Shown here: positions 57,737 to 64,000 of the stretch, in pieces
How positions within the stretch are numbered: position 1 is the stretch's first letter
Layout: every line of letters begins with the position of its first letter
Origin: Deltaproteobacteria bacterium
GTDB taxonomy: Bacteria > Myxococcota_A > Polyangia > Fen-1088
Assembly: GCA_033763315.1 (NCBI GenBank)
Contig: JANRKS010000002.1
Location: 96,001-160,000 of the forward strand
DNA: 64,000 bases
Direction: 5' to 3'
Program-made: the position numbers and the translations under genes
Notes under the pieces: model-generated
What the model saw: the letters and a program-made list of their open reading frames with translations, nothing else
Told to the model about the DNA's origin: nothing
Database searches by the model: none

Positions 57737-58992
57737 GACAGAGCCTCCGGTTCGGTGCCAGGGAGTCGCCCCAGGCGTGTGTCGATCTGCGCACGCTCAG
57801 CGCCGTTCCGCGCATGCTCGCGCGCGACAATGAGTGCCGCGCGCGCATCCGTCGTGCGGCCAAGCTCCTCGAGGAGGACCGCACGGACGAGGTGCACGTA
57901 GGGGTAGCTGTCCACCGTTGGTCCGGCGGGGTGCTCGAGCAACCGAAGGCCGGCAGCTGCACCCTGGGCGCGTCCCACTGCGAACGCACGATTCACCCGG
58001 ACCGCCGGCGTCGGCCGGAGCCGCTCGAGCGCCTCGTACAGCGACGCGATCTCGCTCCAGTCGGTTACCTCGGCGCTCGATGCCCTGCAATGCGCGGCCG
58101 AGATCGCCGCTTCGATCTGAAACGGCCCCACGCGGCCGAGTGAGAGTGCGCGCTCGAGGATCGCCACCGCGCTGGCGATCGCATCCGCATCCCATCGGGT
58201 GCGGTCTTGGTCCGGCAGGGGAACGGGCGCGCCTGCAGAATCGAGACGCGCGCCACGCCGCGCGTCGTGCAAGCGCAAGAGCGCGAGGAGCCCCAGCGCC
58301 TCCGGCTCCCCGGGAAACGCCTCGGCGAGCGAGTGTGCGAGCCCGAGCGCGAGGCGACACAGGTCGCCCCGAATCGGTGCTTCGTCGTCAGTCGACCAGT
58401 AGCCTTCATTGAAGATCAGCACGATCGTCTGGAGCGCGGCGGTGAGTCGGTTGCCGGAGTGTTCGGGCGGTTCGCCGTCTGGATCCCCCCGTTCCCTCAT
58501 GCGCTGTCGCGCGCGGGTCAGACGCTGCTCCATCGTCCGCGGCGCAACAACGAAGGCCGCTGCGATCTCCTTGGTCGACAGCCCCACGATCGTGCCCAGC
58601 GCCAACGCCGCGCTCTCGCCGCCCTCGACAGCCGGATGGCAGCAGGCGAAGAGAAGACGCAATAGCTCGTCCTTCCAGCCGCGAACGAATTCTGGCTGGC
58701 CGACGGCGATCCGCACCCACGGGCTCATCTGGGCAACGACTTCGAGCGCATTCGGGTGCGGGGCCTCGCGCGCCGCTCGGCGTACGCGATCGCGAAAGGC
58801 GTTGTGTGCGACGGCGACGAGCCACGCCTCAGGAACGTCCGGGCGCCCCTGTAGAGGCCACGTCGCGAGCGCCCGCGCGACGGCCTCCTGCACGGCGTCC
58901 TCGGCGTCGGGGAGGTTTTGCGTGAAACCGAGCGTCTTCGCAAGCACGCGCGGATACAAGCCGCGAAGGATGTCGGCGTGGTTCTTCGTCAT
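57733..58992 (-). CDS. Second ECF42-type sigma factor
   Basis: AEDAVQEA, LLFACCHP, LIFNEGY, QDRTRWD, FQIEAAISA.H; ATGA overlap with the upstream DGPF gene (alternative start 59001). Confidence 0.9.
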   Translation of the reverse strand: MTKNHADILRGLYPRVLAKTLGFTQNLPDAEDAVQEAVARALATWPLQGRPDVPEAWLVAVAHNAFRDRVRRAAREAPHPNALEVVAQMSPWVRIAVGQPEFVRGWKDELLRLLFACCHPAVEGGESAALALGTIVGLSTKEIAAAFVVAPRTMEQRLTRARQRMRERGDPDGEPPEHSGNRLTAALQTIVLIFNEGYWSTDDEAPIRGDLCRLALGLAHSLAEAFPGEPEALGLLALLRLHDARRGARLDSAGAPVPLPDQDRTRWDADAIASAVAILERALSLGRVGPFQIEAAISAAHCRASSAEVTDWSEIASLYEALERLRPTPAVRVNRAFAVGRAQGAAAGLRLLEHPAGPTVDSYPYVHLVRAVLLEELGRTTDARAALIVAREHARNGAERAQIDTRLGRLPGTEPEALS

Positions 58993-59381
58993 TTCTTCCA
59001 TCGCCAGCCGACCGGTCTCACCTCGATCGCGTGGCCGTCGATCGCGCAGATCATTTTCGCGCGTTCGACGGCCTCTGCCTGGTTGGTGCAATCGATGAGG
59101 TAGAACCCGACCAACCACTCTTTCGTGTCGATGTACGGTCCGTCCGTGACTGCATGCACGCCTTTCTGCACCGAGATGGTCTTTGCGTCTGTCACGTCAT
59201 CGAGCCTCGCCACGGCGTGCAGGTCACCCGCCGCCCCGGCGAGTGCTTGAAGAGAGCGGTGTCCCTCGAGCGCTCGTCGTTCGTCCTTTCTCGAAAGGTC
59301 GCCCTCCAACGTGCGGTAGATCAGGAGCGCGTATGTAGACTTCGTGGTCAAGTCGTGGTCCTCGATGTCGCTCTGTGACAT
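58989..59381 (-). CDS. YciI/DGPF-domain protein
   Basis: TDGPYIDTKEWLVGFY, IEVRPV. Confidence 0.9.
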   Translation of the reverse strand: MSQSDIEDHDLTTKSTYALLIYRTLEGDLSRKDERRALEGHRSLQALAGAAGDLHAVARLDDVTDAKTISVQKGVHAVTDGPYIDTKEWLVGFYLIDCTNQAEAVERAKMICAIDGHAIEVRPVGWRWKK

Positions 59382-59473
59382 TGCCCTCGGGGTCCCAGGA
59401 CAAAGCTCGTTCAGCCTAGCCCGGCCTCGAGGTCACGCGCGAGCCCTAGCTTGCGCCGGGCGATCGCTTGCCG

Positions 59474-59809
59474 TTACGCCTTCTGCCACAGGGCGACGGC
59501 GGCGCCGCCCGGGTCGCGCACCACCGAAAACTCGCCCGCGGGACCGCGGGTTTTTTCCTTGAGCACGGTGGCGCCGAGGTCCTTGGCCTTCCTCGTGGCG
59601 TCGTCTACGTCAGCGACCTGGACGTAAGGGATCCAACCGACCGCGCCGTCTTCGCTGCCAACCCCGGCCAGCGGACCTTTCTCACCGGCCAGCATCGTCA
59701 TGCCTGGGGGGCCATCGGTGCGCTTCCAGCCGAGCAGTGACTCGTAGAACGCAGCGGATTCACTGGGCTTCTTGCTGCTGTTGTGGAACCAGACGAACGC
59801 TTGCGACAT
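59474..59809 (-). CDS. VOC/glyoxalase family protein
   Basis: FVWF, FYESLLGW, WIPYVQVADVD, DPGGA.VALWQ; AGGAG RBS. Confidence 0.85.
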   Translation of the reverse strand: MSQAFVWFHNSSKKPSESAAFYESLLGWKRTDGPPGMTMLAGEKGPLAGVGSEDGAVGWIPYVQVADVDDATRKAKDLGATVLKEKTRGPAGEFSVVRDPGGAAVALWQKA

Positions 59810-60005
59810 GGGAGACTCCTTGGATTCGTAACCCCCGAAGTAGGGGCGCCTTCTCGTGGAGACGTGTAACGGCGCGTCCCCACGACAGGTCTCTCGATTT
59901 TTTTTCGGAGGCGGGTTGAGAGGTGACCAGTCGCCCGGCGCCGAACCCTCCCGCCCGTGTCGGGTCAGGTTCTCCTGGAGCTTCGCCTCCCACCGTTGAC
60001 CTCCA

Positions 60006-60455
60006 CTACCCCAGGCCCCCTGGTGGTGACGCCTTCCACGGGTCGGGCCCGGGATTACCGCCACCTGCCGCGACGCCGAGCCGCGCGATGAAGTGCGGCC
60101 AGCCGATCGCGTGTTTCTTCGCCTCCGCCGGCACGAGACCGCGGTGCTCGAGCTCCACATGTGTGGACGCGCCCCGTGCCTCGAACGTCACCCGAAGCCG
60201 CGTCGCGCCCGGCGGCATGACCTCGTTCCCTGCTTCACCCCAGGCGATCTCGAGGTAGCGCGGCCGGTCGACGTGTACGAAATGACCCCGGATGAGCACG
60301 CCGTTGATATCTACAGAGAAGAGTCCGCCATCGACCGCATCGAGCCGCGCGAAGTCACCCATCCACCTGACGAGCATCTCGGGCTTGGTGAAGTAGTCGA
60401 ACACCTGCTCCGGCGGCGCTTCGATATCGATGGTGGTCCGGTAGGTCTCGCTCAT
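60006..60455 (-). CDS. SRPBCC/AHSA1-like protein
   Basis: IDIEAPPEQVFDYFT.PE...RW, T.VELEH.GL, GW.HF..RL. Confidence 0.85.
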   Translation of the reverse strand: MSETYRTTIDIEAPPEQVFDYFTKPEMLVRWMGDFARLDAVDGGLFSVDINGVLIRGHFVHVDRPRYLEIAWGEAGNEVMPPGATRLRVTFEARGASTHVELEHRGLVPAEAKKHAIGWPHFIARLGVAAGGGNPGPDPWKASPPGGLG

Positions 60456-60790
60456 CGCTTCTTCTCGATCTCGTCCTTGAGCGCCTTGAGCCGAGGTGCC
60501 CAGAAGCTCTCTACGAACGCGGCTACCGGCGCGAATCCGTCGGGCTTGATGGCAAAAAGACGGCGTGTGCCCTCCCTGCGCGCTTCGACGAGGCCCGCCT
60601 TGTCGAGCACGGCGAGGTGCTGCGACGCCGCCTGCTGGGTCACGTCGAGCTCGCTCGCGATCTCCCCGACCGCGCGGGCCCCCGACCGCAGCACGCGCAA
60701 GATCTCCACGCGTCTCGGTTCCCCGAGCGCCTTCAAGGCCAGGGCCGCCTGTTGCTCCGCTCGCTTCACAAGTACACGCTTGTGTATCAC
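60452..60790 (-). CDS. ArsR/SmtB family regulator (start 60790 or 60769)
   Basis: ALGEPRRVEILRVL, VTQQAASQHLAVL..AGLV..RREG. Confidence 0.9.
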   Translation of the reverse strand: MIHKRVLVKRAEQQAALALKALGEPRRVEILRVLRSGARAVGEIASELDVTQQAASQHLAVLDKAGLVEARREGTRRLFAIKPDGFAPVAAFVESFWAPRLKALKDEIEKKR

Positions 60791-60826
60791 GTGTTCGGGT
60801 GATAAACCACAAGTATCCGCTTGTGG
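60767..60826. promoter_or_regulatory. Two palindromic operators in the divergent ArsR region
   Basis: CACAAG-TACACG-CTTGTG (60767-60784) and CACAAG-TATCCG-CTTGTG (60808-60825). Confidence 0.7.
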
Positions 60827-60833
60827 AGACGAA

Positions 60834-61190
60834 ATGAAGAACACGCCCAAGAAGAAGACCGCCTTGACGGCGAACGGTGAGGTCGATCCGCTGTTCGCGC
60901 CGCTCGCGCGCGCGTTCGAGAAGGTTCGCGACGTGACCGTAGGCAAGATGTTTGGTTCCGCCGGCCTCAAGGTGAACGGCAAGGTGTTCGCCATGGTCGT
61001 CAAGGGCAGGTTCGTCGCGAAGCTCCCGAAGCCTCAGGTCGATGCCCTCGTGGCATCCGGAGCTGGTGAGCACTTCGATCCCGGCCACGGCAAGCTCATG
61101 AAGGAGTGGGTGTCTGTCCCGTCCGATGGGACTCCGTGGCTGAAACTCGCGCGCGAAGCACACGGCTACGTGAAGGGCGGTCCGCGATGA
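60834..61190 (+). CDS. TfoX N-terminal-like protein
   Basis: GKMFGSAGLKVNGKVFAM, KLP..QVDALVA.G.G..FDPG.G..MKEWV. Confidence 0.75.
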   Translation: MKNTPKKKTALTANGEVDPLFAPLARAFEKVRDVTVGKMFGSAGLKVNGKVFAMVVKGRFVAKLPKPQVDALVASGAGEHFDPGHGKLMKEWVSVPSDGTPWLKLAREAHGYVKGGPR

Positions 61191-61681
61191 CGACCTTGCG
61201 CCACCAGACTCGTATCGAGGCGCCGATCACGCTCGTGTGGCAAGCCGTCGCCGGGGACCTCACGGCAGTACAGCGCTACAACCCCATGGTTTCTTCCGCG
61301 CGACTCTTGACCGACACCCAGGAAGGCGTCGGAGCGTCTAGGCGCTGCGAGCTCAAGCCCAGGGGGTTCGTCGAGGAACGCGTCTGGGAGTGGACCCCGC
61401 TGAAGGCGATCGGTCTCGAGGTGGTGGCAAGCGGGTGGCCGATCGTCTTCATGAAGTGGCGCACCGAACTCGCAGCGGATGGAGCGGCGACCGTGGTTAC
61501 CCAGCAGATGAACTACAGGCTGAAGTTCGGTCCCCTCGGTTTTCTCATGGACGCGCTCATGATGCGCCGCAAGCTGGACAGCGGTATCCGCGACATCTTC
61601 GAGAATCTCAAGCGCTACGTCGAGTCGGGTGGCGTGCAGTCCGTCGATGGCCGGACGTCTCCGCGTCCCTCGCGCTCGTGA
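61187..61681 (+). CDS. SRPBCC (polyketide cyclase-like) protein
   Basis: IEAP...VWQ, GVGASRRC, LKRYVE. Confidence 0.8.
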   Translation: MTTLRHQTRIEAPITLVWQAVAGDLTAVQRYNPMVSSARLLTDTQEGVGASRRCELKPRGFVEERVWEWTPLKAIGLEVVASGWPIVFMKWRTELAADGAATVVTQQMNYRLKFGPLGFLMDALMMRRKLDSGIRDIFENLKRYVESGGVQSVDGRTSPRPSRS

Positions 61682-62532
61682 ACTGCAATCCTGCTCCAGA
61701 ACAGGTCGTGAAGACCCTGTGACCGTCCTGCATCGACGTCGCACTCTCGGACAATATTGAGCCGCCGCCCGAGTGACAATACGTCGGGCGCCGGTTCGCC
61801 CTGCCGGCTGGCATCGGGGATCGCATCCCGGAGCCCGCTACATTGGTAGCAGACGCCCTGTTTGTTCACGAGGGCGCAGAGCCCCTCGAACGACCTCTCC
61901 ATGGTGCTACGCGCCTCTGACAGCCTGTGGCGGAAAACCGACTCGGACAGTCCGAGAAATTTCGCTGCCTCCTGGTTGCTCAGTTCCTCGACCTCGCGGA
62001 GCACGAGGGCTACCTGCAGATCCGGATCGAGCGAGCGGCTGACGCAGGTGAAACAGAACGCGACGTGCTCCTTTACGTCGTAGTGGAAGGAGGGCGACAT
62101 CAGGACAGCCCCCACCTCCATCGCGAGCTCGGGTGACGCGTTACACTCGTTGGCGTAGGCGATCTGCGCATGCTCCCGCCAGCGCTTTTCGGCGCGGAGA
62201 AAGTCGATTGTCAGGTTTGTTCCAATTCGGCAGAGCCACGTGGAGAACGCGGAGCGGCCGTCAAAGGACCTGATAGATCCCCAGGCCTTCGCCAGCGCAT
62301 CCTGCACCAAATCATCGGTCTGTTGAGGATGACCAATCATGCGCCGGATCGTTCCGCGGAGCTTGGGCATCGCGCCCTGCGCGAGCTGGTCGAAGGCGCG
62401 GCGATCGCCGGTTTTGGCGGCGGCGATCGCCTGTTCGTCGGTCGAAGGTGGATCCTGCACGGTGAAAGACCATAGCTGCTCGGCGGGCGCCATTCCAATC
62501 GACGAGTGGTGGCTCACGCCATTCGGCTTCAT
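61615..62532 (-). CDS. ECF sigma factor with Cys-rich C-terminal extension
   Basis: DDLVQDA, FDGRSAFSTWL.RI..N, LREVEELS.QEAA..LG; EHVAFCFTC and CALVNKQGVCYQC. Confidence 0.85.
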   Translation of the reverse strand: MKPNGVSHHSSIGMAPAEQLWSFTVQDPPSTDEQAIAAAKTGDRRAFDQLAQGAMPKLRGTIRRMIGHPQQTDDLVQDALAKAWGSIRSFDGRSAFSTWLCRIGTNLTIDFLRAEKRWREHAQIAYANECNASPELAMEVGAVLMSPSFHYDVKEHVAFCFTCVSRSLDPDLQVALVLREVEELSNQEAAKFLGLSESVFRHRLSEARSTMERSFEGLCALVNKQGVCYQCSGLRDAIPDASRQGEPAPDVLSLGRRLNIVRECDVDAGRSQGLHDLFWSRIAVHEREGRGDVRPSTDCTPPDST

Positions 62533-63005
62533 CGGGCGCCCGCGAGGACGCCATCAGGTCGGGCCTCGTCCGACGTGACCCGCCGAAGTCCGAGCGTCGA
62601 AAAAAGGCCTCCTCCCGCAAACAGTAGGGGACCAAGCCACCCGTCGCCCCACGCCATGTACCCGGGGACAAGGAGAAACGCGATCAGCCCGATGTCGAGA
62701 AACCCGGTGAGGGCGAGGTTCAGCCAATAGCCACCGCGCGAGTTTCGCCAGTTGAGGCGTACAGCGATCAGCCCGACGAGCAGCCCGATCCACACCATGT
62801 TGAAGGAGTGGAAAGCGATGATCGCCGAGACCACGGTGTGCTCGTAGAGCGTTGGTAGCTGCGCCGCCGTCGCAGCAGTTCCGATCTCACGCAAGTGGCC
62901 GTTGACGTCCGTCAGGGCGGACCCGACCAGCGTCGCGCCAGCACCTATGTGAAGAAGCGCCCATAGCGCGTAGAACACGGCTCCGACTTTGTGCATCTTT
63001 TTCAT
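62529..63005 (-). CDS. Membrane protein (about 4 TM), unknown function
   Basis: Hydrophobic ORF in an operon between the GST and ECF genes, ATGA overlap. Confidence 0.65.
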   Translation of the reverse strand: MKKMHKVGAVFYALWALLHIGAGATLVGSALTDVNGHLREIGTAATAAQLPTLYEHTVVSAIIAFHSFNMVWIGLLVGLIAVRLNWRNSRGGYWLNLALTGFLDIGLIAFLLVPGYMAWGDGWLGPLLFAGGGLFSTLGLRRVTSDEARPDGVLAGAR

Positions 63006-63020
63006 GGCAACCCGTTCGGC

Positions 63021-63596
63021 TCAGCCTGCGGTCGCCTTGAAGCTCTCGCGCGACGTCATTTCCCCGAGCCAACGCTTCAGCGCGACTCGCTCGCGGGGCG
63101 CGAAGCGTGCATCTTTGCTTTCGGCAAACGCGACCATCGGCGCGACAAAGAGGTCCGCGAGCGAAAGGGTATCACCGGCGAGATACGGGCTCTTGGAGAG
63201 TCGCTGTTCGAGGATGTCGAGGTCCCGCGCGGCTATCTCGGTGGCGCCTTCGGCGATGGCGTCCGCGAGCAGCGCCCCCACGAAGTCGCGGTACAAGTAG
63301 TCGATGGCGACGCTGATCCACTGCATCATCGTTGCCCGCTGAACGGTGCTCGCCGGCTGGAGCGCGGGGGTCGCGGTCAGGCTGTCCAGGTAGGTCCCGA
63401 CCGCGAGTGTCTCGAAAAACGACTGTCCCTCGTGCTCGATGGCCGGCATCTTCAAGAAGGGATGACGGGCGCGATGCGACTCGGCCCGGAACTCGAGCGG
63501 GACGAGCTCGTGAGGGAGGCCCTTCTCGACGCAGATGGCGCGAGCGGTGCGAACGTAGGTGCTTCCAGCGAAACCGAAGATCTTGATGGGATTCAT
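63021..63596 (-). CDS. Glutathione S-transferase family protein
   Basis: STYVRTAR...EKG, HPFLKMP, FET.A...YLD, YLAGD.LSLADL. Confidence 0.9.
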   Translation of the reverse strand: MNPIKIFGFAGSTYVRTARAICVEKGLPHELVPLEFRAESHRARHPFLKMPAIEHEGQSFFETLAVGTYLDSLTATPALQPASTVQRATMMQWISVAIDYLYRDFVGALLADAIAEGATEIAARDLDILEQRLSKSPYLAGDTLSLADLFVAPMVAFAESKDARFAPRERVALKRWLGEMTSRESFKATAG

Positions 63597-64000
63597 TTCG
63601 TTCCTTTCGCCTGGTTAGACGAATGGCGTGCAAGAATCCGCCAAGTCAATGTAATGACTGCGATTTTCTCGGCATCCGGTTCGGGCCAGCGCGATCACTC
63701 GCCACTGCGATGCTCGGCGAGCCCCTGGGCAAGGTCGTTGGACACGGCGTCGAGGCCGTCCGCACGGCGCGGGCCAGCGTGGTCGCCGGCATCGACAGCT
63801 GCAGCGACTCCAGCGCGCGCGCTTCCGCCAGGCCATGTGCGCCACTTCTGAGGCGGGCCCGGCGTGAGCCTTCTGGACTCATGACCCGCTTCGAGGAGGG
63901 CGGGCTCAAACCCTTGTCGCGGGCCGGGTCTAGCCGCCGCCGAAAGTCGGCGATCTCGCCCAGTCACAGCCACTGCCGAAGCCGGGATGATGCACGGCCA

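Larger units (their letters stand above)
54187..64000. mobile_element. Left end of a tRNA-Gly-integrated genomic island (continues beyond window)
   Basis: tRNA fragment at the boundary, adjacent short repeats, excisionase-like gene, visibly higher GC and switch to accessory cargo. Confidence 0.65.

Noticed and set aside
60006-61190. 385-aa and 365-aa ORFs in the track
   Set aside because: Upstream extensions are spurious; the real genes are SRPBCC (60455), ArsR and the TfoX-like gene (60834)
63600-64000. Possible gene or integrase at the right edge
   Set aside because: Only short, low-complexity ORFs; nothing recognisable

Overview
GC-rich bacterial DNA, most likely Myxococcota (inferred from the DUF1552/DUF1592 pair, Gly/Asp-rich lipoproteins and myxobacterial-style ECF sigma factors). 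It has three blocks. (1) 1-12.6 kb: accessory genes, namely a truncated ECF sigma, an Mpv17/PMP22 protein, an SNF2 helicase with a 1-bp frameshift in motif VI, a diheme-cytochrome and PQQ-dehydrogenase lipoprotein pair, and DUF1552/DUF1592. (2) 12.9-54.0 kb: a ~41-kb chemosensory supercluster. It holds two che operons (A-W-MCP-Y-B-R-X and STAS-Y-A-W-R-D-B), four CheX-like proteins (one fused to MshEN-like repeats), an HsbA/HsbR-like partner switch, an inserted HAD-phosphatase/atypical-kinase pair, and about nine candidate sigma-28 (FliA) promoters. The most striking part is two paralogous modules (outer-membrane barrel + small periplasmic binding protein + class III histidine kinase). Each carries a different lipoprotein accessory, and both are transcribed toward a shared CheX/CheY/soluble-receptor core. 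(3) 54.2-64 kb: the left end of an element integrated at tRNA-Gly(CCC), of which only the displaced 3' half is present. It carries an excisionase-like HTH gene and ECF42/YciI, SRPBCC, VOC, ArsR and GST cargo. All calls come from motif reading by eye; no database search was run.
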